Of a stretch of DNA of 32,000 nt, positions 7,616 through 16,324 are shown one piece after another; positions within the stretch are counted from its first letter, which is position 1, and each line of letters opens with the position of its first letter. The stretch lies in sequence record CM099552.1. One strand, given 5' to 3'. Made by a program: the position numbers and the translations under genes. The notes beneath the pieces are model-generated. The model was not told the origin of the DNA and did no database searches. It was given only the letters and a program-made list of their open reading frames with translations.

Positions 7616-8109
7616 TGAAATTACAATTACTATACCAAAAAGTTTATTTTAAATCAAATGAATGGAAGGATCTTGTTAAGAATATTCGTTCTTTTGATCC
7701 TAGTATTTCTATTTTTTTATTATCTAAAAATATATTTTTAAATGAACTTAAACAAGTTAAAGGTAAGTTTTTAGGTGAATGTGTTATTGTTGAGTTATCT
7801 TTTAGTGATATTAACATTGTTTTTGATCTTATTAATAAAGTACAAAAACAATATAGTTCTAAATTATTTTTAATTGGTTTTTTATTTAATCAAAATAATA
7901 AAATTTATTTTTTAAAAATTGACCAATTTAAATATTTTTTATCATTTTATAATGATAAAAAAAAAAAACCATTACTTTCTACAAGTTTTCAAACTTTAGT
8001 TTTATATGAATTTTTAAAATTTTTAAAAATAAATGAAGTCAATAAAGGTATATGTTTGTCGTTTTTTAAAAATAATATTTTTAATACAAATTTTACTTAC
8101 TATATATAA
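7615..8109 (+). CDS. Unassigned ORF (orf164) immediately upstream of rps12; speculative ribosomal protein L10
   Basis: 164-aa ORF in the same-strand array, ending 3 nt before rps12. Its size and its position directly upstream of rps12 recall the bacterial rplJ...rpsL neighbourhood. I cannot confirm any motif-level match. Confidence 0.4.
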   Translation: MKLQLLYQKVYFKSNEWKDLVKNIRSFDPSISIFLLSKNIFLNELKQVKGKFLGECVIVELSFSDINIVFDLINKVQKQYSSKLFLIGFLFNQNNKIYFLKIDQFKYFLSFYNDKKKKPLLSTSFQTLVLYEFLKFLKINEVNKGICLSFFKNNIFNTNFTYYI

Positions 8110-8112
8110 AGT

Positions 8113-8499
8113 ATGGCAACATTACGTCAATTAGTTTTTTCATATAAAAGAAAAGATAAAAAAATAAAAAGTAAAGTACCTAGATTGGGTTCCTGTCCTC
8201 AAAAAAAAGGAACAGTTCAAAAAGTGTTTGAACAAACACCTAAAAAACCAAATTCGGCAAAACGTAAAGTAGCAAGAGTTAAATTAAGCTCAGGTAAACT
8301 AGTAACATGTCATTTGCCAGGAATTGGACATAATTTACAACAACATTCTGTTGTTCTTGTAAGAGGAGGTAGATGCCAAGATCTAATTGGAGTTAGATAT
8401 AAACCAATTAGAGGTCTTTTTGATTTTGCTCCTGTTAAAGGTAGAAAAACTAGAAAGTCCAAGTACGGTATTAAAGGTAAACCAGATAAAGCTAAATAG
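8113..8499 (+). CDS. rps12: Ribosomal protein S12 (uS12)
   Basis: MATLRQL..., [68 protein letters not shown]. Confidence 0.95.
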   Translation: MATLRQLVFSYKRKDKKIKSKVPRLGSCPQKKGTVQKVFEQTPKKPNSAKRKVARVKLSSGKLVTCHLPGIGHNLQQHSVVLVRGGRCQDLIGVRYKPIRGLFDFAPVKGRKTRKSKYGIKGKPDKAK

Positions 8500-8511
8500 C
8501 TTTTTTTTTTA

Positions 8512-8582
8512 ATGGGTGTAGCCAAGCGGCAAGGCAATGGATTTTGGATCCATCATCATAGGTTCGATTCCTATCACCCATA
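8512..8582 (+). tRNA. trnQ: tRNA-Gln (anticodon TTG)
   Basis: Acceptor ATGGGTG/CACCCAT (7 perfect pairs), D arm GCC(A)-AGCGGCA-(A)GGC, anticodon arm ATGGA-TTTTGGA-TCCAT, T arm ATAGG-TTCGATT-CCTAT. Confidence 0.85.
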
Positions 8583-8911
8583 TACATGTTATATATATTT
8601 TTAGATGTTTTTTTAAGTTTTTTTTAAAAAATGCAGGGAAAGGAGTAGTAGTTACTTATATTTTATAATATTGTTAATCATTTGATTCAATTAGGTATTC
8701 ATTTATAATATTTCTATTTTTTATATATATTATTAATTTCTTTTTTTTTACTTAATAGATTTATAATTTTTTATGTTTAATCAATATCTAAGAGATATTG
8801 TTAATAGCTATTTTCTATTACATTTAGTAGAGAATTACGATTTTTTTTAAAGTAGTATTATTTTTATATTATTATTTTTTAAAAGTCATAAATACTATAT
8901 ATAATTGATTT
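8583..8911. other. Largest non-coding spacer in the window (about 330 nt) between trnQ and cox1
   Basis: No ORF over 25 codons. Contains a perfect 8-bp/3-nt-loop hairpin CAATATCT-AAG-AGATATTG (8782-8800). A second, weaker hairpin lies at 8814-8831. An 11-nt direct repeat ATATTGTTAAT occurs at 8668-8678 and 8795-8805. A short purine-rich island GCAGGGAAAGGAGTAGTAG lies at 8633-8651. Confidence 0.5.
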
Positions 8912-10813
8912 ATGTTGAATTTTTGCAAAAGTTGGATTTTCACAACAAATCATAAAAGAATTGGTATTTTATATTTATTATTTGGGGTATTTAACGGTTT
9001 TTTAGCTGTTTTATTATCAATGTTAATGAGATTAGAATTAGCATTTCCAGGTGACCAAATTTTATTTGGAGAATATCATTTTTATAACATGATTACTACT
9101 GTACATGGAGTATTAATGCTTTTTGTAGTAGTAATGCCAATTTTATTTGGTGGATTTGGTAACTATTTTGTACCAATTCTAATAGGAGCACCAGATATGT
9201 CTTTTCCAAGATTAAATAATTTTAGTTTTTGGTTATTGCCAGGTGCAATTTTTTTAGCTGTTTTATCTACTTATTCAGAAGGAGGACCAGGTACAGGTTG
9301 GACAGTATATCCACCATTATCTTCTTTACAATCTCATTCAGGAGCAAGTGTAGATTTAATGATTTTTAGTTTTCACTTAGTAGGTATTGGATCAATTGTC
9401 GCAGCTATTAACTTCATTTGTACAATTTTTTATTACAAAAATGAAGCAATGTTTAATAAAGATTTACCATTATTTGTTCGGTCTGTAGCAGTTACTTCTT
9501 TTTTAGTAATTGTAGCTATTCCAGTATTAGCAGCAGCTATTACTTCATTATTATTTGATCGTAATTTTAATACTTCATTTTATGACCCAGTTGGAGGAGG
9601 AGATGTAGTATTATATCAACATTTATTTTGGTTTTTCGGACACCCAGAAGTTTACATTTTAATTTTACCTGGTTTTGGTTTAGTAAGTCATATTATTGCT
9701 ACTTTTTCTAAAAAAAGAGTATTTGGACATGTACCAATGATCGCAGCTATGTTAATGATTGGTTTAATTGGTTTTATTGTTTGGGCTCATCATATGTATA
9801 CTTCAGGTATTGATACAAGTACAAAAGCATACTTTACAGCAGCTACAATGGTAATTGCTATTCCAACAGGTATTAAAGTATTTAACTGGATTGCTACAAT
9901 GTGGGGTGGTTCTATTTGGATGTATACACCTATGTACTTTGCAGCAGGTTTCGTAGTTTTATTTACAATTGGAGGTATTACAGGTATTATTTTATCTAAT
10001 GCAGGTATCGATACATCTATTCATGATACATATTATGTAGTAGGACATTTCCACTATGTACTATCAATGGGAGCTGTATTTGCTATCTATGGTGGTTTTT
10101 ATTATTGGTGGGGAAAAATGACAGGATTAAGCTATTCTGAATCATTAGGACAAGCTCATTTTTGGATGACATTCATTGGAGTAAATTTTACTTTCTTCCC
10201 AATGCATTTTTTAGGATCAGGAGGTATGCCAAGAAGAATACCAGATTATCCAGATATGTACCAATATCATAATACATTAGCTTCTTTTGGAGCATTTATT
10301 TCTTTCTTTAGTATTTTATTTTTTTTCTATGTAATTTATTGTTCTTTCACAGATCAAGTTAAATGTCCTAGAAATCCTTGGATTTTTATTGATTATAATG
10401 ATTTAATTGATAGAATGATTGGAGTAATTTACTATGTAGAAAAATACGGAGCATTTGGAAAAGATGAACCAAGAACAATTAGCCCTGATTTTATTGAAAA
10501 ATGGATTAGTTTTAACTATGTAACAAATAGATATATTATTTCAGCTGAATCAATAAAAACAACAACATTAGAATGGACTTTAACATCACCTCCATATTTA
10601 CATACTTTTGTAGTACCACCAAAAGTATTTACAACAGGTTCTCATTATTTTGAATATAGATGGAATGCTATTTTAAACAAAAAAAGAAAATTTATTCCAT
10701 TATATTTAGGTAAAAAAGAAACACAAAATCATTTTTATACTACAATTTATATTACATATAACCCACTAGTATCAAATTGGAAAATTTTTGGAAATAGTTC
10801 TTTAACTAACTAA
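8912..10813 (+). CDS. cox1: Cytochrome c oxidase subunit 1, intronless, with an extra internal segment and a C-terminal tail (633 aa)
   Basis: [88 protein letters not shown] and PRRIPDYPD. The normally near-terminal motif [14 protein letters not shown] occurs about 70 residues before the stop. Confidence 0.97.
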   Translation: MLNFCKSWIFTTNHKRIGILYLLFGVFNGFLAVLLSMLMRLELAFPGDQILFGEYHFYNMITTVHGVLMLFVVVMPILFGGFGNYFVPILIGAPDMSFPRLNNFSFWLLPGAIFLAVLSTYSEGGPGTGWTVYPPLSSLQSHSGASVDLMIFSFHLVGIGSIVAAINFICTIFYYKNEAMFNKDLPLFVRSVAVTSFLVIVAIPVLAAAITSLLFDRNFNTSFYDPVGGGDVVLYQHLFWFFGHPEVYILILPGFGLVSHIIATFSKKRVFGHVPMIAAMLMIGLIGFIVWAHHMYTSGIDTSTKAYFTAATMVIAIPTGIKVFNWIATMWGGSIWMYTPMYFAAGFVVLFTIGGITGIILSNAGIDTSIHDTYYVVGHFHYVLSMGAVFAIYGGFYYWWGKMTGLSYSESLGQAHFWMTFIGVNFTFFPMHFLGSGGMPRRIPDYPDMYQYHNTLASFGAFISFFSILFFFYVIYCSFTDQVKCPRNPWIFIDYNDLIDRMIGVIYYVEKYGAFGKDEPRTISPDFIEKWISFNYVTNRYIISAESIKTTTLEWTLTSPPYLHTFVVPPKVFTTGSHYFEYRWNAILNKKRKFIPLYLGKKETQNHFYTTIYITYNPLVSNWKIFGNSSLTN

Positions 10814-10831
10814 TTTATAATTTTTTTTTTG

Positions 10832-10900
10832 GAATCTATAGTTTAACATGGATAAAACGTCATTTAGGTGAAAAAACAGGTTCAAGTCCTGTTAGATTTT
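10832..10900 (+). tRNA. tRNA-like element with an aberrant anticodon arm (identity undetermined; possibly a degenerate tRNA or processing signal)
   Basis: Good acceptor stem GAATCTA/TAGATTT (G1.T72 wobble), D arm GTTT-AACATGGATA-AAAC and T arm ACAGG-TTCAAGT-CCTGT. Only 16-17 nt (GTCATTTAGGTGAAAAA) remain for position 26, the anticodon arm and the variable loop. The best pairing is a 3-bp TCA/TGA stem with the 6-nt loop TTTAGG. Confidence 0.4.
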
Positions 10901-10910
10901 ATTTTTATAG

Positions 10911-10930
10911 TGCGTGTTATTTAACACGTA
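10911..10930 (+). promoter_or_regulatory. Stable hairpin between the tRNA-like element and cox11
   Basis: TGCGTGTTA-TT-TAACACGTA is a 9-bp inverted repeat (one G.T pair, and the innermost pair probably opens to enlarge the loop). It is unusually GC-containing for this spacer and ends 17 nt upstream of the cox11 ATG. Confidence 0.45.
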
Positions 10931-10946
10931 TTTTAGTATATATTAA

Positions 10947-11615
10947 ATGTTGTACTTATTTTATTTTTTTTTCATTACATTAAATATGTTATTTTTTGGT
11001 GTTTTAAATATTCCATTATTTAAATATTTTTGTGATATTCCTACTTATAATTTTTTATTAGATGAAAATACATCTAATATTTTCTTTCCCAAAAATTATT
11101 TTAGTAGTACTTTCGATCTTTTTTTGGGAACCTATAATCTTCAATTTAATTTTTTTTTTTTAGATTTTATTTCTCATAGTTTTATATTTTTGTTCAGTTA
11201 TACAATTTATATATTTTTTTTTTATTTTGATTTGTATATAAATAATTTTATATCTAATTGTGATTATATAGAAGTGCTATTTCAAACAAGTACAAGTAAT
11301 TATAATTTTGTTGAATTTTGTACATTGCAAAAATATATTTATATAATACCAAATGAAACACATTTAATTTTCTTTAGGATGTATAATACAGTTTCCTACG
11401 AAATAACAGGTATTAGTATTTATTTATTGTATCCTACAGATTTTTTAGTTTATTTTAATAAAATCCAGTGTTTTTGTTTTGAAGAACTTTTATTATACCC
11501 ATATGAATCGATAGATTTGCCAGTTATTTTCTTTGTTTCAAATGAAATACTTAATTATGTAGATTTTTTTTATTCTAACAAATTGTATTTATCATATTTA
11601 TTTCTTGTTCGTTAG
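10947..11615 (+). CDS. cox11: Cytochrome c oxidase copper-insertion factor Cox11 (CtaG)
   Basis: C-terminal domain YFNKIQCFCFEELLLYPYESIDLPVIFFVSNEI carries the diagnostic Cox11 CFCF copper-binding motif in its conserved context (canonical YFNKIQCFCFEEQ...P.E..DMPVFF). There is a hydrophobic N-terminal anchor. TAG stop. Confidence 0.85.
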   Translation: MLYLFYFFFITLNMLFFGVLNIPLFKYFCDIPTYNFLLDENTSNIFFPKNYFSSTFDLFLGTYNLQFNFFFLDFISHSFIFLFSYTIYIFFFYFDLYINNFISNCDYIEVLFQTSTSNYNFVEFCTLQKYIYIIPNETHLIFFRMYNTVSYEITGISIYLLYPTDFLVYFNKIQCFCFEELLLYPYESIDLPVIFFVSNEILNYVDFFYSNKLYLSYLFLVR

Positions 11616-11617
11616 TT

Positions 11618-12460
11618 GTGTTTTTAAAAAAAATATTAAATATACCTTCTATGTTATTATCAAATTTTCCAGTAGATTCAAATGCTTTAATTCAATATAA
11701 AGTATTTAGATATGATCCTTTTGTAAATTCAGAGCCGTGGGTTCAATTGTATTTTATTGCAAATGAGTCGCATAGTTCTATGTTATTAGATAACCTATTT
11801 TATTTAAAAAATGAAAAAGATGAAAGCCTTTCATATAGACGTTCCTGTAGAGAGGGTATTTGTGGTAGTTGTGCTATGAATATTAATGGAGAAAATGCAT
11901 TGGCATGTTTATATATAATGAAAGAACATTTAAATGTTCTAAATAACGAGGTACGAATTTTCCCACTACCTCACATGCCAGTAGTAAAAGATTTAATTGT
12001 GTGTATGAAACATTTTTACTTGCAATATAAGTCAATTAATCCTTTTTTATTGAAAAATAGTATTTCCTATGTTAGCGAAGTGCTTAATAAAAAATTAATA
12101 GAGCTAGGTTTTAATAGCAGTATGTTATTAACACCTCCAAAAAAAGAAAATATACAATTCGATAGATACTTATTAAATGGTTTATATGAATGTATTTTGT
12201 GTGCTTGTTGTTCTACTAGCTGTCCAAGTTACTGGTGGAATAAAGATAGATATTTAGGTCCAGCAATCTTATTGCAGTCTTATAGATGGTTGATTGATTC
12301 TAGAGATGATTTTTTTTTTAGTCGTTTAGGACAATTAGATGATGTTTATAAAGTAGGTAGATGTCATTCTATACTAAATTGTGTCTCATGTTGTCCTAAA
12401 GGTTTAAATCCGGCAGAGGCAATTAATAATATTAAACTATTAATTAATTTAAATTCATAG
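11618..12460 (+). CDS. sdh2: Succinate dehydrogenase iron-sulfur subunit (SdhB)
   Basis: Three Fe-S cysteine clusters: SYRRSCREGICGSCAMNINGENALAC, CILCACCSTSCPSYWWN and CHSILNCVSCCPKGLNP. The track start is GTG 11618; the first ATG in frame is 11651 (MLLSNFP...). Confidence 0.93.
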   Translation: MFLKKILNIPSMLLSNFPVDSNALIQYKVFRYDPFVNSEPWVQLYFIANESHSSMLLDNLFYLKNEKDESLSYRRSCREGICGSCAMNINGENALACLYIMKEHLNVLNNEVRIFPLPHMPVVKDLIVCMKHFYLQYKSINPFLLKNSISYVSEVLNKKLIELGFNSSMLLTPPKKENIQFDRYLLNGLYECILCACCSTSCPSYWWNKDRYLGPAILLQSYRWLIDSRDDFFFSRLGQLDDVYKVGRCHSILNCVSCCPKGLNPAEAINNIKLLINLNS

Positions 12461-12515
12461 TTTGTTAGATGCTTAACTTTTATTTGATTAGTATATAATT
12501 TGATATAAACACCTA

Positions 12516-12539
12516 TAATAATAATAATAATAATAATAA
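12516..12539. repeat. (TAA)8 microsatellite in the sdh2-nad11 spacer
   Basis: Eight perfect tandem TAA units, read directly from the sequence. Confidence 0.9.
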
Positions 12540-12547
12540 CAAAAATA

Positions 12548-14635
12548 ATGTTTTTTTATATAAACAACACACCCATTTTTTTTTATAAAGAATATAAAAC
12601 ACTAACAATTATACAATTTTGTGATTTAATAAATATGGTAATACCAAGATTCTGTTATCATGAAAAATTATCAATTGCAGGAAATTGTAGAATGTGTTTA
12701 GTTGAAATGAATAACGGTATAAAACCAGTAATTGCATGTGCAACAAATATTAGTGCAAATATTGAAATTGCTCTTGATTCTTTACTTGTAAAAAAGGCAA
12801 GAGAAAATGTACTTGAATTTTTATTGATTAATCATCCACTGGATTGTCCAATCTGTGACCAAGGAGGTGAATGTGATTTACAAGATCAAACAATTGTTTA
12901 TGGTAGTGATAGAGGGCGTTTTAAAGAAATGAAACGTTCAGTTGAAGATAAGGAATTAGGCCCAGTCGTAAAAACAATAATGACAAGATGTATTCATTGT
13001 ACAAGATGTATTCGTTTCTCTGATGAAATACTTGGTATTAAAGATCTAGGCGTAGTAGGTAGAGGATCAAGTTCAGAAATAAAAATGAATAATGTTTTTT
13101 TTTTAGATCATGAGTTATCTGGTAATATAGTTGATGTTTGTCCAGTAGGAGCATTAACATCAAAGCCATATGCTTTTACAGCTCGTCCTTGGGATTTAAA
13201 AAGCATTGAGTCTATTGATGTTTTAGATTCTTTACACAGTAATATTAGAATTGATATTAAGGGTAGCAGAATATTAAGAATTTTACCTAAAATAAATGAG
13301 CAACTAAATGAAAATTGGATTTCTGATTATACTCGTTTTAGTTATGAAAGTGTTCAAGGTTTTAGAATTAAATATCCTTATTTATCTTTAAATAAATCTT
13401 TTTTTAGTTTTCTTGATTCTGATTTATTTTTACGTTTAGGATGGGAGCAATGTATTGAATTTTTTAATATTTTTATTAATATGAAAAATTTTAATTTGTT
13501 TAATTTCTTTATTTCTTCTGGTATTGGTTTATTCAATAGTAGTTTTTATTATTTTATAACTAAGTTTATAAAAAATAGTAACTTTTTTATAGAATCTTTA
13601 CCGTCCTTCAATATAGATAGTAGATCTTCTTATTTTATAAACACATTTAATAATTTTATGAAATCTAACTATTTTTTATTTTATAATTTAAATTTAAAAG
13701 AAAATTATGCCGTTTTTAATGCTCGTGTACAAAGTTATCTTAATAATTCTTTTTATAAAAAATATATTTTTTATATAGGCTCTAATATTAAACATAGCTA
13801 TGCTGTACACCATGTTGGTAATTCTGCAGTATCTCTATTTTCCTTTTTAAGAGGTAAAAATTTAAATTTAAATTATTTTAATGCTTTAGTAAAAAAAAAC
13901 ATTAGTTTAAACTTATATAGTAGTGATATTAATCTAGATTCATATTTATCTTCATTGGGTATTTTTGATAGCTTTGATATTAATAATTTTAATTTTTATT
14001 CTAATGTTTCTGGTTATTTTGATTTAGGAATTAATAGTGATTTAATTAATACTCATGATCTATTAAAACAAGAAGATTTATTTTCATATTACTATAAAAC
14101 AAGTAAGGTGGATAGTAACAATTCTTTTTTTGTTTATCATGGTAATTATTTACCATTAGTTGAGACAGTTGCAGAAAAAAATAACAATTATGTTTTTTTA
14201 CCAAGTTCTAATTTATTTGAGGTAGAGGATAGCTACATCAATATCTTTGGTGATTTACAATCAGTAAGTCAATCACAGGATTTTTCAGAGAAAGAAAGTA
14301 TCAAATCAGATTTTTATATATTTAAAAATATTCTATTTTCATTTTTTTATTATTTAAATAAAAATGAAAATTCTTCTTTTTATTCAATTGATTTTATTTT
14401 TAATGAGTTAGTCTTTTATTATTTAAATTATTTTTTTGTTTTTTTTGATATTTTTCCATATTTAAAAAATTATAATAAAAATAGTTTCAATTTATATTTA
14501 GGTTCTAGTACTTATTATTTAAAACATTTTATAAGCAATTTATCCGTTCGTGATTCTTTTTTTGCTAGTTATTCTTCTACACTTAGAAGTTTTTATAAAA
14601 TTAGAGAAAGTAAAAAATTAAGTTCTTTTTGTTAA
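12548..14635 (+). CDS. nad11: NADH dehydrogenase 75-kDa subunit (NuoG homolog)
   Basis: N-terminal Fe-S motifs CYHEKLSIAGNCRMCLVEM, HPLDCPICDQGGECDLQDQ, RCIHCTRCIRF and CPVGALTSKPYAFTARPWDL. The C-terminal roughly 400 aa are highly diverged and N/F/Y/S-rich, but form one continuous ORF of canonical total length. Confidence 0.92.
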   Translation: MFFYINNTPIFFYKEYKTLTIIQFCDLINMVIPRFCYHEKLSIAGNCRMCLVEMNNGIKPVIACATNISANIEIALDSLLVKKARENVLEFLLINHPLDCPICDQGGECDLQDQTIVYGSDRGRFKEMKRSVEDKELGPVVKTIMTRCIHCTRCIRFSDEILGIKDLGVVGRGSSSEIKMNNVFFLDHELSGNIVDVCPVGALTSKPYAFTARPWDLKSIESIDVLDSLHSNIRIDIKGSRILRILPKINEQLNENWISDYTRFSYESVQGFRIKYPYLSLNKSFFSFLDSDLFLRLGWEQCIEFFNIFINMKNFNLFNFFISSGIGLFNSSFYYFITKFIKNSNFFIESLPSFNIDSRSSYFINTFNNFMKSNYFLFYNLNLKENYAVFNARVQSYLNNSFYKKYIFYIGSNIKHSYAVHHVGNSAVSLFSFLRGKNLNLNYFNALVKKNISLNLYSSDINLDSYLSSLGIFDSFDINNFNFYSNVSGYFDLGINSDLINTHDLLKQEDLFSYYYKTSKVDSNNSFFVYHGNYLPLVETVAEKNNNYVFLPSSNLFEVEDSYINIFGDLQSVSQSQDFSEKESIKSDFYIFKNILFSFFYYLNKNENSSFYSIDFIFNELVFYYLNYFFVFFDIFPYLKNYNKNSFNLYLGSSTYYLKHFISNLSVRDSFFASYSSTLRSFYKIRESKKLSSFC

Positions 14636-14669
14636 TTAACAATAGGGTGTTTTTTTTTTATTGTTCATT

Positions 14670-15608
14670 ATGAAAAAACAAAATTTATTTTTAAAAAAAT
14701 ATAAAAACGAACAAATGATTAACTATTGGGATGAGTATTTAAAATTCGACGTTAAATATACATCTTCAAGACGTTACGTACATTACTTTAATGATATTAC
14801 TTATACACCATGGCCTTTCCACATTAGCTGGACAGTATTTTTATTTTTATTTTTTAGCGTATTATATTTACAACATTTTGTATGGGCTGGTAAAGCAGCA
14901 TTAGTAGCATTAGTATTAATGTTAGCTCCAGTTTATTTTTGGATTTTAGAATTACACTATGATAGTGTATACTTAGGTAAATTCAACTTCAAAGTTAGAA
15001 GAGCAATGGTAGGTGGATTCTTATTATTTTTAGTTTCAGAAGCAGCAGTATTTGCTACATTTATTTGGGCATACTTTGATAGATATTTCCATACACCAGC
15101 TGTATTAGGAGGTACACTAGCTCCTTTAGGGATTGAATTAGTTTCTTGGAATGCATATCCTTTATGGGGATGTTTTGTATTATTAGCATCAGGTTGGGCT
15201 TGTAATCAAGCATATTATGCAGCACGTGGAGGATCAAGTACTATGTTTTATTTATGGAGTGTATATGGTATCGCATTAGGAGTAGTATTCGTATTTTTTA
15301 TTCAATTATCAGAATATGTAGCAACAAATACATTATCAATTTCTGATAGTGTAGTTGGTTCTTGTTATTATTTAATTACAGGATTTCATGGATTACATGT
15401 TTGTATTGGTTTAATTTTCTTAGCTATTGCTACAGTACAATTAGATAGTTATACAATTGATAGAGATCGTATTTTAGTATATGCTTTAGCATTAACATAT
15501 CGGCATTTTGTAGATTGGATTCGGTTATTTGTATATCTTTTTTTATATGTAATTAATGGTAGTGTTATGTATTTTGATACTAACTTAATTAATAATTATT
15601 GGAGATAG
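14670..15608 (+). CDS. cox3: Cytochrome c oxidase subunit 3
   Basis: TPWPFHISWTVF, SEAAVFATFIWAYF, YYLITGFHGLHVCIGLIFL and RHFVDWIRLFVYLFLYV. The track begins at TTG 14661; the first ATG is 14670. There is an N-terminal extension of about 35 aa ahead of the conserved PWP region. Confidence 0.93.
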   Translation: MKKQNLFLKKYKNEQMINYWDEYLKFDVKYTSSRRYVHYFNDITYTPWPFHISWTVFLFLFFSVLYLQHFVWAGKAALVALVLMLAPVYFWILELHYDSVYLGKFNFKVRRAMVGGFLLFLVSEAAVFATFIWAYFDRYFHTPAVLGGTLAPLGIELVSWNAYPLWGCFVLLASGWACNQAYYAARGGSSTMFYLWSVYGIALGVVFVFFIQLSEYVATNTLSISDSVVGSCYYLITGFHGLHVCIGLIFLAIATVQLDSYTIDRDRILVYALALTYRHFVDWIRLFVYLFLYVINGSVMYFDTNLINNYWR

Positions 15609-15623
15609 TTTATAAAATGAAAT

Positions 15624-15694
15624 AGGAGAGTAGTTTAGTGGTAAAACAATGGTCTCCAAAACCATCGATAGAGGTTCGATTCCTTTCTTTCCTG
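15624..15694 (+). tRNA. trnW: tRNA-Trp (anticodon CCA)
   Basis: Acceptor AGGAGAG/CTTTCCT (G5.T68 wobble, the rest Watson-Crick), D arm GTTT-AGTGGTA-AAAC, anticodon arm ATGGT-CTCCAAA-ACCAT, T arm AGAGG-TTCGATT-CCTTT. Confidence 0.88.
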
Positions 15695-15730
15695 TTTCTA
15701 TAAATAAAAAATATTTGCAAGAAAAGTGTT

Positions 15731-15803
15731 CAGTAAGTAGCTTAAGCGGTAGAGCATCCGGTTTGGGACCGGAAGGTTATGAGTTCAAGTCTCATCTTAC
15801 TGA
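15731..15803 (+). tRNA. trnP: tRNA-Pro (anticodon TGG)
   Basis: Acceptor CAGTAAG/CTTACTG (7 perfect pairs), D arm GCTT-AAGCGGTA-GAGC, anticodon arm TCCGG-TTTGGGA-CCGGA, T arm ATGAG-TTCAAGT-CTCAT. Confidence 0.88.
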
Positions 15804-15837
15804 GTTTCTTGTGTTTTAGTTAATTACTATAGTCTTA

Positions 15838-16317
15838 ATGTTATCTTCTTTTCAGTACTTATATTTATCTGAATTAATGAGAGGTTTATTTGTTGCTTTG
15901 AAGAACTTGTTTTCTAAAAAAGTAACAATTAATTATCCTTTTGAAAAAGGAGCAATCTCACCTCGTTTTAGAGGAGAGCATGCTTTACGTAGATATTCTA
16001 ATGGAGAAGAACGTTGTATTGCTTGTAAATTATGTGAAGTAGTATGCCCAGCATTAGCAATCACAATTGATTCAGCCCAACAATTAAATGGTAGTAGACA
16101 AACTACTCGTTATGATATTGACATGACAAAATGTATATATTGTGGTTTATGCCAAGAAGCTTGCCCGGTAGATGCAATAGTTGAAAGTTTTAATTTTGAA
16201 TATTCAACATTTACACATGATGAATTATTATATGATAAAAAAAAATTATTAGCCAATGGAGATAAGTTTGAAATTGAAATTTATTTAAATTTAAAAAAAG
16301 AAATTTTATATAGATAA
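15838..16317 (+). CDS. nad8: NADH dehydrogenase 23-kDa (TYKY/NuoI) subunit
   Basis: Two 4Fe-4S ferredoxin motifs, [12 protein letters not shown] and [12 protein letters not shown], in the NuoI context ([36 protein letters not shown]). Confidence 0.93.
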   Translation: MLSSFQYLYLSELMRGLFVALKNLFSKKVTINYPFEKGAISPRFRGEHALRRYSNGEERCIACKLCEVVCPALAITIDSAQQLNGSRQTTRYDIDMTKCIYCGLCQEACPVDAIVESFNFEYSTFTHDELLYDKKKLLANGDKFEIEIYLNLKKEILYR

Positions 16318-16324
16318 ACATTCC

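Noticed and set aside
8310-8537. 75-aa minus-strand ORF antisense to rps12 and trnQ
   Set aside because: It overlaps the highly conserved rps12 and a tRNA gene on the opposite strand, with no independent support.
8774-8851. 25-codon ORF (MFNQYLRDIVNSYFLLHLVENYDFF) in the trnQ-cox1 spacer
   Set aside because: It has no recognisable motif, it overlaps the hairpins, and it is too short to distinguish from chance.
11618-11650. GTG start of sdh2, and the TTG starts of cox3 (14661) and atp3 (19953) as given in the ORF track
   Set aside because: In-frame ATGs follow 3-11 codons downstream (11651, 14670, 19974), and nothing in the sequence requires non-ATG initiation. I kept GTG 11618 only as the outer bound for sdh2.
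13400-14635. The low-complexity C-terminal roughly 400 aa of nad11 as a possible gene fusion or non-coding read-through
   Set aside because: Total length (695 aa) matches NuoG/75-kDa homologs. The segment begins with a plausible continuation (RIKYPYL...LGWEQCIEFF) of the molybdopterin-like domain. A 1.2-kb open frame in AT-rich DNA is unlikely to occur by chance. It is therefore best read as a diverged domain.
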